In this document: in pieces, positions 1-9,474 of the stretch | Numbering within the stretch: the first letter of the stretch is position 1 | Layout of the letters: the number at the start of each line of letters is the position of its first letter | Assembly: GCA_963666275.2 (NCBI GenBank) | Contig: CAXXOA010000002.1 | Span: forward strand, 1,248,001 to 1,312,000 | Origin: Oceanispirochaeta sp. | Lineage (GTDB): Bacteria; Spirochaetota; Spirochaetia; DSM-2461 | Reading direction: 5' to 3' | Length of the DNA: 64,000 nt | Notes under the pieces: generated by a model | What the model was told of the DNA's origin: nothing | Database searches by the model: none | Seen by the model: only the letters and a program-made list of their open reading frames with translations | Made by a program: the position numbers and the translations under genes

Positions 1-640
1 CCAGTTCCCCCAGGGAATACTCCAGTCCTCTGCGGCTGAAGTCATCCTCGATCCAGAAACTCATATCATCATCCAGAACGGGCATCAGGGAATTCCTGGC
101 TTCCAGTATCCTGGTCTGAATCCCCCTCTCCAGGAGGTTTTCCAGAATCTCAAGCCCTATGAATCCAGCTCCGATCACAAGGGCATTTTTAACCTGATGA
201 TGCGTAAGATAGTATTCCAGGGACAGAGTGTCTTCCATGGTTTTCAAGGTAAATACATGGTCTGACGTGGCCCCTTCGATCGGGGGGATTACGGCCCGGC
301 TGCCTGTGGCAAGGACCAACTGATCATACGTTTCATTGATGATTCTACCGGTTTCAAGGTCCTTCACTTCCAGGGTTTTTGTCTCCGCCAGGATCTTCAG
401 GACCTCGTGACCCGTCCGTATATCAATATTGAACCGTTTGGCAAACCACTTGGGGTCCCGCGGTGTCAGATCTTCTGCGGAAATATCCTCCCTGCCAATA
501 AAGTAGGGCATTCCGCAGGTGGAGTAGGAGATATAGCTGCCCTTTTCGAATATCAGGATCTCCCTCTCTTCATCGTTCCGTCTCAGTTTCGCCGCCGCCG
601 ATGTTCCCGCAGCAACTCCCCCGATGATTATGGTTTTCAT
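1..640 (-). CDS. CoA-disulfide reductase / NADH oxidase-family FAD-dependent oxidoreductase (5' part only; the 3' end runs off the window)
   Basis: Not in the ORF track; translated by hand from the ATG at 640: MKTIIIGGVAAGTSAAAKLRR...FEKGSYISYSTCGMPYFIG...YDQLVLATGS...VIGAGFIGLE. Shows the FAD-binding motif, a single redox Cys (SYxxCGMPY) and the NAD(P)H-binding motif. Starts 3 nt after the acr3 stop. Confidence 0.88.
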   Translation of the reverse strand, partial: MKTIIIGGVAAGTSAAAKLRRNDEEREILIFEKGSYISYSTCGMPYFIGREDISAEDLTPRDPKWFAKRFNIDIRTGHEVLKILAETKTLEVKDLETGRIINETYDQLVLATGSRAVIPPIEGATSDHVFTLKTMEDTLSLEYYLTHHQVKNALVIGAGFIGLEILENLLERGIQTRILEARNSLMPVLDDDMSFWIEDDFSRRGLEYSLGEL

Positions 641-643
641 ATT

Positions 644-1693
644 TTATGCCGTCTCCAGCTGGGGATACTGATTCCGCATCCGCTTTGCTATGGCCACAAG
701 ACTCAGCATCACAGGGACTTCCACAAGAACCCCCACAACAGTGGCCAGGGTGGCTCCGGAAGAGAGCCCGAAAAGACTTATGGCAACCGCCACAGCCAGT
801 TCAAAAAAGTTGGAGGCTCCTATCATTCCGGAAGGAGCCGCCACCTGATAGGGAACCTTCCAGAGACGGGACCATCCGAATCCCAGAAAAAAGATAAAAT
901 AGGTCTGTAGAATCAGGGGGATGGCAATTAAAAGGATCGCCAGAGGGTTCGAGAGGATGATCTCGCCCTGAAAGGAGAAGATGATAACAAGAGTCAGCAG
1001 AAGGCCCGCTTCGGTAATGCCGTCGAACTTTTTGCAGAACACATTTTCGAACCAGTCGGTACCATGACTTTTCAGAAGCAGATTCCGTGTTATCACACCG
1101 GCGGAAAGGGGGATCACCACAAAGAGGATCACCGACATCAGGAGGGTGTCCATGGGAACCTGAACATTGTTGACACCCAGAAGAAAAGCAACGATAGGGG
1201 CGAAAGCTAGGAGGATGATCAGGTCGTTTACAGCCACCTGGACAACTGTATATCCGGGATCCCCGTCTGACAGATAACTCCAGACAAAAACCATGGCCGT
1301 ACAGGGCGCCGCACCCAGGAGGACCGCTCCGGCAATATAATCCGTTGCAACCAGATCCGGGATCAGGGCTCTGAAAACCACTTTCAGGAAAAACCAGGCG
1401 ATCAGGTACATGGTAAAGGGCTTTATCAGCCAGTTCACGATAAGGGTGATAATCAGCCCTTTGGGTCGTTTCCCGGCGTTTACAATGCTCTTGAAATCAA
1501 CCTTCAGCATCATCGGATAGATCATCAGCCAGATAAGTACGGCTACGGGTATGGAAACATTGGCGTACTCCAGCCTTCCCAGAAACTCTGGAAACCGGGG
1601 GAACAGGACGCCAATCGCCACTCCGAGAAAAATGCAGACAGCCACCCAGAGGGACAGATATTTTGCAAAGAAACCGATATGTTTTTCTGACAT
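644..1693 (-). CDS. acr3: ACR3-family arsenite efflux transporter
   Basis: About 10 TM helices; motifs LIWLMIYPMM, NWLIKPFTM, APCTAMVFVWS, SNFFELAVAVAI, GVLVEVPVML. Confidence 0.96.
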   Translation of the reverse strand: MSEKHIGFFAKYLSLWVAVCIFLGVAIGVLFPRFPEFLGRLEYANVSIPVAVLIWLMIYPMMLKVDFKSIVNAGKRPKGLIITLIVNWLIKPFTMYLIAWFFLKVVFRALIPDLVATDYIAGAVLLGAAPCTAMVFVWSYLSDGDPGYTVVQVAVNDLIILLAFAPIVAFLLGVNNVQVPMDTLLMSVILFVVIPLSAGVITRNLLLKSHGTDWFENVFCKKFDGITEAGLLLTLVIIFSFQGEIILSNPLAILLIAIPLILQTYFIFFLGFGWSRLWKVPYQVAAPSGMIGASNFFELAVAVAISLFGLSSGATLATVVGVLVEVPVMLSLVAIAKRMRNQYPQLETA

Positions 1694-1727
1694 TGTTTCT
1701 ACTCCGTATAATGTTGTTATTTTGGTA

Positions 1728-1791
1728 ATTTGGCAAAAACGCCAAATAGTGTCAATATCTTATTGACGGAACCGGTATTTTTCACCACATT
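1728..1791. promoter_or_regulatory. Divergent acr3/arsR promoter region with putative ArsR operator
   Basis: Inverted repeat ATTTGGC-N6-GCCAAAT (1728-1747). Back-to-back -35 boxes: TTGACA on minus (1755-1750) and TTGACG on plus (1763-1768), the latter followed by N17-CACATT. Confidence 0.6.
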
Positions 1792-1797
1792 CTAACA

Positions 1798-2133
1798 ATG
1801 GAATATGAAAAGCAGAAAAATCTGGCCTCCTCAAGGGCAAAGGTCATGAAAGCCCTGGCCCATCCCACCCGGATCTTTATGGTTGAGCTTCTGGCAAAAC
1901 AGAGCCTTTCGGTCAGTGAACTCACAAAAGCCGTGGGAGCCGATGTCTCCACTGTCTCCAAACACCTGTCTCTTCTGAAGCAGGCCGGTGTCCTTCTGGA
2001 TCAGAAGGAGGGGAACAAGGTCCTCTATTCCCTGATCTGCCCCTGTATCATGGATTTTATCCACTGCATTGATGATATTATCTATCAGGATGCGGAACGG
2101 GGACTTTCCTGTGTTCTCCCGGGTAAATCCTGA
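1798..2133 (+). CDS. arsR: ArsR/SmtB-family metalloregulator
   Basis: KALAHPTR...VSELT...STVSKHLSLLKQAG HTH; C-terminal CPC-x6-C; divergent from acr3. Confidence 0.92.
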   Translation: MEYEKQKNLASSRAKVMKALAHPTRIFMVELLAKQSLSVSELTKAVGADVSTVSKHLSLLKQAGVLLDQKEGNKVLYSLICPCIMDFIHCIDDIIYQDAERGLSCVLPGKS

Positions 2134-2373
2134 TTGTCAGGACATCCTCATCTGCTTCCCAAGAGTCATTTTCACAGGGGGATACCATGGTTTACTCCCT
2201 GTACCTGTTTTGTCCAGCAGGAAAATCCAGTTAAAAAAATTAAATAATTGACGGGACAGTCTCATCATTACCGGATTTTTCAATTATAATTATCCAAATG
2301 TTTCAGGTCTTCCTGTCGGGATGGGCCGAGACTTATTTTAAAAAAATATTTTAAGATCGGAGTTTCTTTTCCT

Positions 2374-4236
2374 ATGAAAATTCAATACAAACTCTCTCTG
2401 CCTCTGACGGGCATGATCCTTCTGTTTTTTCTTATTATCCAGATATTTCTGACAGCCAGTCTCAGAGGCTATGAAGAATACATAATCCATCTTGAAGAGG
2501 AAACACTTCTCGAGGGGTATCAGAAGGAGTTGAGATCCGCCACAGAGGTAGCGGTTACTCTTATTCAGGATATATATGAAACACCGGGCCTGGGGAATGA
2601 AGAAAAAATGGAGATCGCCCGGAAGGCCGTGCGGCATCTGAGATTCGGCAAGGACGGCTACTATTACGCTTACAGGGCCGGAAGCGGTGAGAACCTGATT
2701 CATGGTCTGACCCCGGCGAATGAGGGGAAATCTTTCTGGGATCTCCAGTCCCCCGATAAAACCCAGTATATAATCCGTGATCTGGATGCAGCAGCCCGGG
2801 AGGGGTCGCTTTTTGTCACATTCTACTGGTCCAAACCCGGCGAAGAGGAAGGACTGGTTTTTCCCAAACTGGGAACGGCTATGATGGTACCCGGTACGGA
2901 TATCTGGGTGGGAACCGGGGCTTATATCGATGACATTGATTCGGTCATACTCTCCCGGAATACTGAACTTGCTGAGAATACCGACAGGATGCGTCTGCGC
3001 CTCCTTATTATCATGATAGGAGCCGCGGTTATTCTTTTTGCTTTCATTCTGCGTCTTATCCATCGTGTGATTGCGCCGGTTGCGAATCTCAGCAGAGTCG
3101 CCATGGCCTCGGAAGGGACGGATTTCTCTGTAATCCCCCAGGTTACGGAAAGGAAATTCTCCGATGAAATCACAATACTGGAAACCAGTTTCAGGGATCT
3201 CTTTCAGAATTTCAGTTCTGTCATTACGGGCATTCAGAAATCAGCCGGAGACTCTCTGGAATCCAGTGCGCGGATGACGGATGCCATAGCTGATATTCAG
3301 GAATCCCTTATAGAATCGGGAGATTCTTTTCAGGGGATTGCGGCAGCAGAGAAGCAGCTTGCTACAGAAGCGGATCTTAATCTTAAACTCAGTAATGATC
3401 TGAAGGATTTTACGGAGAATACAAAGTCTCTGGCACTGAAACAGACTGAGGAAGTGGAGGATGCCGCCCGTTCCATCGGTTCCATGCAGAGAGAAGTAGA
3501 ATCTGTTGCGTCGGGGATAGAATCCTTCCATTCCATAACCGGAGACCTGGACCAGAATGCCCGGGGAGGGGAGGAGAGCATCGGGCAGGCTGTCCGGAGC
3601 CTTGAAAAAGCGGATCAGGCTGCCGGGACCATTCATGAAGCCATTGCCATGATCAATGATCTGACCGAACAGACCAATATCCTGGCAATCAATGCTTCCA
3701 TTGAAGCCGCCCGGGCGGGAAGTGTGGGAGACGGGTTCGGCGTGGTTGCCAATGAAATCAGAACTCTGGCGGAAAATTCCCGCAGTAATATGGAAGATAT
3801 CTCAGCCCAGCTGAAGGATATTGCCCTTTCCATCAGAGTCAGCCGGGATTATACAAATCAGGCTGACAGTACCTTCCGAAAGATCAGGAAACTCTCTGAT
3901 GAGGTCATTCTGGGGACAGAGCAGATTGCCTCCCATACAAGCAGTATCCGTTCGGTCAGTCAGGATGTGGCCAGGCTTCTGCAGAACCTTATTGACGGTT
4001 CCAGTCAGACCAGCGAGTCATCCCTGAATGCTGTGGAAAAAGTACATGATCTGAGTGAGTCTGCCACGGAGCTCTCCCAGCTGGCTCTGAACCTGCAGAA
4101 GACTCTGGAAGCTGTGGAAAGCCGCTACAGGCTGATACAGGATCAGAGCAGCAGTATCCGGGAGGAATCAGATAGGAACACACGCAAAATGGAAGATCTG
4201 TCCCGGTCCGTGTCCTCCTTTAAAACAGGGGCATGA
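2374..4236 (+). CDS. Methyl-accepting chemotaxis protein with periplasmic single Cache domain
   Basis: Two TM segments; Cache-like LRFGKDGYYY...YWSKPG...VGTGAYIDDI; signalling hairpin QTNILAINASIEAARAG..GDGFGVVANEIRTLAE. Confidence 0.93.
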   Translation: MKIQYKLSLPLTGMILLFFLIIQIFLTASLRGYEEYIIHLEEETLLEGYQKELRSATEVAVTLIQDIYETPGLGNEEKMEIARKAVRHLRFGKDGYYYAYRAGSGENLIHGLTPANEGKSFWDLQSPDKTQYIIRDLDAAAREGSLFVTFYWSKPGEEEGLVFPKLGTAMMVPGTDIWVGTGAYIDDIDSVILSRNTELAENTDRMRLRLLIIMIGAAVILFAFILRLIHRVIAPVANLSRVAMASEGTDFSVIPQVTERKFSDEITILETSFRDLFQNFSSVITGIQKSAGDSLESSARMTDAIADIQESLIESGDSFQGIAAAEKQLATEADLNLKLSNDLKDFTENTKSLALKQTEEVEDAARSIGSMQREVESVASGIESFHSITGDLDQNARGGEESIGQAVRSLEKADQAAGTIHEAIAMINDLTEQTNILAINASIEAARAGSVGDGFGVVANEIRTLAENSRSNMEDISAQLKDIALSIRVSRDYTNQADSTFRKIRKLSDEVILGTEQIASHTSSIRSVSQDVARLLQNLIDGSSQTSESSLNAVEKVHDLSESATELSQLALNLQKTLEAVESRYRLIQDQSSSIREESDRNTRKMEDLSRSVSSFKTGA

Positions 4237-4261
4237 CTTAGCCGTCCTTGTTTCTGGCCAT

Positions 4262-4290
4262 GGGGCTCTCCAGGCAGAGCCCCGGCTTTA
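4262..4290 (+). terminator. Putative intrinsic terminator after the MCP gene
   Basis: GGGGCTCT-ccaggc-AGAGCCCC stem followed by a short T tract. Confidence 0.5.
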
Positions 4291-4347
4291 TGCTTAAGTC
4301 AGGTATTTCTTATGTTCATTTTCCCTCCCTTCGACTACATTTAAGTT

Positions 4348-5163
4348 ATGGAATATTTTACAACCAGTCAGTTTATGGATCAGGTGGGCGTCAAATTCAG
4401 TACCCTCCGCTATTTTGAACGGATAGGTCTCCTGAATCCTGAAAAGGACTATGAGAACAACTACAGGCTATACACTGTCAGGGATGCCTTTATTGTCAAC
4501 AAATTCAAACGGCTGCGAGGCATAGGGTTTTCCGCCAAAGAGGCTCTGACCCTTCTTAAAGGGGTCCCTCAGGATGATCACTCCCAGTTCCGGGGGGAGG
4601 AAGCGGAGGAGCTTCTCAGCGTCAGGGAAGAGGAACTGGAGCGGGAGTCGTTTTTCGCTGTAAAGCGACTGGAAGCGATCCGGGAACTCAGGGAGATCCT
4701 TCTCTCCTCTCCGGCGGAACTTGATTTTCAAATCAGAGATCTTCCGGGACTCTATTTTCTACCCGCCTCCTCCGGTAATACATTCGGTTCCTCAAAATAC
4801 AATCAGATCTCCCAATGGATTGATCTGCTCCCCCTGACGATCTACTGCCGCCTGACCGCCTGGGATGATATCGGAAGGGAAGGAGAACCCGACTTCGGCG
4901 TGGCCCTGGAAGAGACCTATATCTTCCTGCTGAAGGGGAAATGGATGCAGGACGCTGTTTCTGTTCCCGGCGGCAAAACCCTGGAGTTCCTATCCTCCAA
5001 TCTGGGGTATCCGAGAATTTCCGCTGATATATTTCACAAGGCCGCATCCTATCTGGATCAGACTCCCTATAAACCGGCGGGACCTGTCTATTTCTACGGT
5101 CTGGATCTGAACCTGGGCAATGCGAGTCTCCAGAAAGTCCGGATCTCTCTGGTAAATAAATAA
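4348..5163 (+). CDS. MerR-family transcriptional regulator with C-terminal effector domain
   Basis: N-terminal STLRYFERIGLLNP...NNYRLY MerR HTH plus coiled coil; a MerR-type promoter lies directly downstream. Confidence 0.9.
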   Translation: MEYFTTSQFMDQVGVKFSTLRYFERIGLLNPEKDYENNYRLYTVRDAFIVNKFKRLRGIGFSAKEALTLLKGVPQDDHSQFRGEEAEELLSVREEELERESFFAVKRLEAIRELREILLSSPAELDFQIRDLPGLYFLPASSGNTFGSSKYNQISQWIDLLPLTIYCRLTAWDDIGREGEPDFGVALEETYIFLLKGKWMQDAVSVPGGKTLEFLSSNLGYPRISADIFHKAASYLDQTPYKPAGPVYFYGLDLNLGNASLQKVRISLVNK

Positions 5164-5179
5164 ATTTTTCTCTTATCCC

Positions 5180-5210
5180 TTGACCATGCACAATGTGCAG
5201 TCTTTAAGAT
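5180..5210 (+). promoter_or_regulatory. MerR-type promoter/operator of the flavin reductase gene
   Basis: TTGACC (5180-5185), 19-bp spacer, TAAGAT (5205-5210). The spacer contains the dyad TGCACA-a-TGTGCA (5187-5199). Confidence 0.85.
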
Positions 5211-5241
5211 CGATAATTATTTACTGATTATGGAGGATAAG

Positions 5242-7125
5242 ATGATCAATTTCAGGAAGTTGAATCTTCTGAAGGCAATTCTGCCTGTATTTTTTCTGAT
5301 GGCTCTGATAAGCTGCGGCGCTGATAAAGGCCAGACCTATACAGCCGGAACTTATACATCAATTCAGGACGGAAGAAACGGACCTGTGGAAGTCGCGGTT
5401 ACTTTTTCAGATAGCAAAATCAAAGCGATTGAGGTGGTGTCCCATTCCGAGACTCCCGGAATCTCCGATGGAGCGATTGAACGGATACCGGCAAGTATTC
5501 TGGAAGAGCAGTCTCTGGCTGTGGATTCTGTCACCGGAGCTTCCTACACATCCAGGGCCATTCTGGACGCTGTCGCCGATGCTGTAAACCAGGCCGGTGG
5601 CAGTACAGACGTCCTTTCCCAGGCTGTGGAGAAGGAAATCACCACGGAAGAGCTGAACTGTGACATTGTCATAGTCGGAGCCGGAGCGGCGGGCCTTTCT
5701 GCGGGTATCAGCGCCAGCGACAGGGGCGCTCATGTCATTGTCATTGAAAAAGGCGCCAACGGCGGCGTCAGCAACGGTGCCAATGCGGGCGGTCCCATAG
5801 CTGTTGGTACCAGAGTACAGGAAGAGGAAGGAGAAGACCTGACTCTGGAACAGCTTTTTACCCATATGTCTGACTTCGGTCACAGTACCATCAATGACAG
5901 TCTCCTGAAAAAAGTCCTTTCTGTGACAGGGAGAACCATAGATTACTTTCAGGATCTGGGAATGACAGTCTACCTCAGACGGGACAGCTACGGTCTCGGT
6001 TTCAGAGCCCGCCACGGGTTCCGGGAACGGGGTGTGGACAGAGCTCAGTTCCTGCTTGACCGGATTGAAGACAACGGAGGAACCATCCTTTTTGAAACAG
6101 CCGGTGAAAGCCTGATTCAGGACGCTTCGGGTGTTGTTACAGGTATCAATGCTGTAAAACCCGGAGGAGACAAAGTTATCATCCATGCCAAAGCGGTTCT
6201 CCTGGCTACGGGAGGGTATCTGGGTGGCCAGGATATCATTGAAGAGAAATTCGGTGATATCAATATCATTCCTCTGGGTAACACCCTTTCTGTAGGAGAC
6301 GGTATCAATATGGCTCTCTCCGCAGGGGGACGGGAAGACAAAAACTGGGGCATCGTGGCCAATGAATTTTCAGCGGCCAATGCCAAAGCCGGCACCTGGT
6401 CTTTCAACTGTAACCAGAATCTGAGATTCGGTATCTACGGGGGACTCCTTGTGAACAAAGAGGGAAACCGGTTTTTCAACGAAGAGATCATGGCGACAGA
6501 ACCCTTAAGCGGAGCGGAAGCCACACTGAGACAGAAGAAATACTACGCAGTTATGGATGATGCCTACTACCAGTCAGTACAGCAGCAGGGAATCTTCAAA
6601 ACACTGGGCAGCCCTGATGAGTGGATTGCCGGTGTGAGAAACCTCTCCGATGCGGCGCCCGATTCCATAGCCCATAAAAAAGTCCTGGATCAGGCGGGAG
6701 CTCAGCTGGAGGAAGCGGTTTCCCAGGGATGGGCCTTTAAGGCCGATACCATTGAGGAACTGGCAGCCCATTTCGGTCTGACAGACCTGGCATCTACGGT
6801 GGAGGAGTACAATGCCATGTGCGCTGCCGGGAAGGATGAGCAGTTCTATAAGGCCGACTACTTTATGGTACCTGTTTCACAGGCTCCCTACTATGTGTTC
6901 GAATACGAACCGAGCGCCTGGTGTACTCTGGGCGGTGTGGTTGTGGATGACTCTCTGAGAGTTGTCGACGGGGCAGCCGAACCCATTCCCGGTCTCTATG
7001 CAGCCGGTCTGGATGCGGGCAGCCTCTATACGGCTCCCTACTACGATAACGAAGGGGCTGCCTTCGGTATCGCTCTGGGGTCCGGTACCCTGGCGGGTGA
7101 AATTATGGCTGAGGCTGTAAAATAA
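5242..7125 (+). CDS. Lipoprotein flavocytochrome-c-type FAD reductase with N-terminal FMN-binding (flavinylation) domain
   Basis: Lipobox ALISC; FMN_bind domain with DSVTGAS; FAD motif IVIVGAGAAG; LATGGY; GLYAAG. ATG 5242 chosen for its GGAGG SD. Confidence 0.9.
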   Translation: MINFRKLNLLKAILPVFFLMALISCGADKGQTYTAGTYTSIQDGRNGPVEVAVTFSDSKIKAIEVVSHSETPGISDGAIERIPASILEEQSLAVDSVTGASYTSRAILDAVADAVNQAGGSTDVLSQAVEKEITTEELNCDIVIVGAGAAGLSAGISASDRGAHVIVIEKGANGGVSNGANAGGPIAVGTRVQEEEGEDLTLEQLFTHMSDFGHSTINDSLLKKVLSVTGRTIDYFQDLGMTVYLRRDSYGLGFRARHGFRERGVDRAQFLLDRIEDNGGTILFETAGESLIQDASGVVTGINAVKPGGDKVIIHAKAVLLATGGYLGGQDIIEEKFGDINIIPLGNTLSVGDGINMALSAGGREDKNWGIVANEFSAANAKAGTWSFNCNQNLRFGIYGGLLVNKEGNRFFNEEIMATEPLSGAEATLRQKKYYAVMDDAYYQSVQQQGIFKTLGSPDEWIAGVRNLSDAAPDSIAHKKVLDQAGAQLEEAVSQGWAFKADTIEELAAHFGLTDLASTVEEYNAMCAAGKDEQFYKADYFMVPVSQAPYYVFEYEPSAWCTLGGVVVDDSLRVVDGAAEPIPGLYAAGLDAGSLYTAPYYDNEGAAFGIALGSGTLAGEIMAEAVK

Positions 7126-7134
7126 CAGAAAAAG

Positions 7135-7165
7135 GAAACAGCCGGGAATGGCCCGGCTGTTTCTA
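7135..7165. terminator. Probable bidirectional terminator
   Basis: 12-bp stem GAAACAGCCGGG-aatgg-CCCGGCTGTTTC between convergent genes. Confidence 0.75.
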
Positions 7166-7244
7166 AGTACAAATCAGTTCTGATGTATACAGTTTCTGTT
7201 CAGAAAAAGCTTCACCCTTCTACGAAGAGGGAAGGCAACGGGAG

Positions 7245-8525
7245 TCACTTTTCTTTGCCCAGTATGAGACCAGCTATAACCATCTCATCAAAATAGATAT
7301 TCCCTATAAAATAGTTAAAGATGTTCATGTCTCTGTTTCTGATGAAGTTATCATGAATGATAAGAAAGTCGGTCGTATCCAGGGGATCAGACTCCCCGAT
7401 CAGGGTGAAATTATCTTCTCCATCCGTTCTATAGGAGAACTGCAGTTCCCCTTCCCGGCGGTTTTCCATTGTTTTCCAGCGGGACTGATCATCATAGGTG
7501 TACAGCTGCCGGATCTGCATAGATCCAATGGGGGTTGATCTGTACTTTACAAGCTCCATGGTATTCCCGTTCAGGATAAGATGGCTTTCCCAGTCTGATC
7601 CCAGATTCCATTTTAAGCTGCTGCTGTTGGGTTCTCTGAGTACTGTCAGGCTGCCGTCTCTGTCATACCGGAAATACTCCATCCTGTTCTCTTCCAGAGG
7701 GGAGAGACTCCGTTCATACCTGTAGTCTATCGAGTCCTGGAAATGATTAAGAAGATAGATATCAATGTTATCAGTTTCAAAGCAGTAACAAATGGTCTGA
7801 AGATAGATATTCCTCTCTTCAAAGTCCAGTTTCAGAAAGTTACGGAATTCCCCTTCTTTGACAAAATAGCTTCTCTTCTGCATGAGAATCCCTTCATCAC
7901 TGGAAAGATAGGATTTGAATGAGTATCCCTCATGAATCGCATTTATATAGTTTTCACTCTCCACAAGCAGTTCGTTCTCTCTGTAATCGTCTGTGACATT
8001 GTGAAGATTTATCTTCTGATCTGGGCGAAAAAATGAGATCTCCGAGATGCATGTGTCATCCCACCGGCTGCCTTTGTAGATTTCTTCTACAATAAACTGA
8101 AGGGTCTGGACAGGCCCCTCTGTAGTCAGGTCCACTTTCTGTATTTCCATGATATCCGGAAAGGACAGTTCAAGGCTTCTTTCATTGTTGATAATCAGTG
8201 TCATTTTTTTTATGCGGTTGTTGGCCTCGTACCATTTCGGATCAAAAAAGCCCGGAGCGATTTCTATTCTTTCAATCTCTATGGGACTTTCAAATGTATA
8301 GAAAAGGAACTCTCCGGAGCTGTCCTGCTCCTTTCCTTCGGCCCAGCAGCTCAGGAGGTCGCCGTCCATCAGACTATTAACACTGTAGCGGCTCACCGTC
8401 CTGTCATCATGCAGTTGGCTTGAGGCCAGAACCATTGCGTTTTCTGCAGAAAGAATCTCACAGCTAAAGAGTCTCAGAAAAAGTCCTATGCAGAAAAAGA
8501 GGAAAGGTGGATTGAATCGAAACAT
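7245..8525 (-). CDS. Exported hypothetical protein with N-terminal discoidin-like (NADase-type glycan-binding) domain
   Basis: Signal-like N-terminus; pattern MDGD..SCWAEG...GEFL...IxIxPGF...NNRIK...EIYKGSRWDDTCISEISF. Confidence 0.65.
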   Translation of the reverse strand: MFRFNPPFLFFCIGLFLRLFSCEILSAENAMVLASSQLHDDRTVSRYSVNSLMDGDLLSCWAEGKEQDSSGEFLFYTFESPIEIERIEIAPGFFDPKWYEANNRIKKMTLIINNERSLELSFPDIMEIQKVDLTTEGPVQTLQFIVEEIYKGSRWDDTCISEISFFRPDQKINLHNVTDDYRENELLVESENYINAIHEGYSFKSYLSSDEGILMQKRSYFVKEGEFRNFLKLDFEERNIYLQTICYCFETDNIDIYLLNHFQDSIDYRYERSLSPLEENRMEYFRYDRDGSLTVLREPNSSSLKWNLGSDWESHLILNGNTMELVKYRSTPIGSMQIRQLYTYDDQSRWKTMENRREGELQFSYRTDGEDNFTLIGESDPLDTTDFLIIHDNFIRNRDMNIFNYFIGNIYFDEMVIAGLILGKEK

Positions 8526-8634
8526 GCTGAAACTCCCTGGTGTCCTTTGTCATCAGAAAGAACTGATCCATTCTATTCTGTGTTTATATTGTATCGGGAT
8601 CCTTTTTTAAAGTCACTGTGTTTATTTATGGCTG

Positions 8635-8871
8635 ATGGGATCACAAGGAATTATTGTGGCTTATGATTCCGTGATTGAAGATAAGGACGGAAATCTCATT
8701 ACCATCCCGGCGGACAGTGTTGTCAGCTGTATCGGGCTCAGGCCCAATCCCTCCATGAGAGAGGATCTGATGTATGCGGGGATAGAAGTTTTTGAAGTAG
8801 GGGATGGAGCGGGAATCGGAAATATCAGAACTGTCATTTCCGATGCCTATGAAATAGCAAGAAATCTTTAA
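8635..8871 (+). pseudogene. C-terminal remnant of an NADH:flavin oxidoreductase (Old Yellow Enzyme / dienoyl-CoA reductase type)
   Basis: Only the terminal part is present (ADSVVSCIGLRPN...VFEVGDG...GNIRTVISDAYEIARNL); no TIM barrel and no SD. Confidence 0.65.
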
Positions 8872-8955
8872 TTGCTCTATTCTGATATACTACTAATATT
8901 TCCATTCAAAACGGTTCCATAGGGAACCGTTTTGATTTTCATCAGGAGGCAATTC

Positions 8956-9417
8956 ATGAGTAAAACCCTCATTGCATTTTTTTCCCATTCGGGGAACACC
9001 CGGCTGATAGCCGAGAGAATCGAAGAAATCACAGGGGGAGATCTTTTTGAGATCACAAGTGTGAATCCCTATCCCCGGGATTACAGGGCATCGGTGGAGC
9101 AGTCCAAGAGAGAGCTGGCTGAGCAGGCCAGACCCGAAATCTCTCATAAAGTTGAGGACTTTTCCTCTTATGAGAACATTGTTCTGGGTTATCCCAACTG
9201 GTGCGGGACCATGCCCATGCCGGTCTGGACCTTTCTGGAACAGTATGATTTTTCTGGAAAGAGAATCTTTCCCTACTGTTCTCATGGCAGTGGAGGCCCC
9301 GGAAGGAGTCAGTTTGATCTAGAAGAACTCTGTCCGGATGCAAAAGTGGAAAAGTGCTTTTCCGTCTACGGAAGGTCCTTTAATGATACATTTCTCAGGG
9401 AATGGGTACAGAAATAG
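8956..9417 (+). CDS. Flavodoxin (flavodoxin_4 type)
   Basis: FFSHSGNT, LGYPNWCGTMP, PYCSHGSGG; AGGAGG SD before ATG 8956. Confidence 0.9.
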   Translation: MSKTLIAFFSHSGNTRLIAERIEEITGGDLFEITSVNPYPRDYRASVEQSKRELAEQARPEISHKVEDFSSYENIVLGYPNWCGTMPMPVWTFLEQYDFSGKRIFPYCSHGSGGPGRSQFDLEELCPDAKVEKCFSVYGRSFNDTFLREWVQK

Positions 9418-9474
9418 ACATTCCAAGGTCATAGATTTCTGTTTTTCATTCGTATTTCGAGTTTCAGGAGCCGG

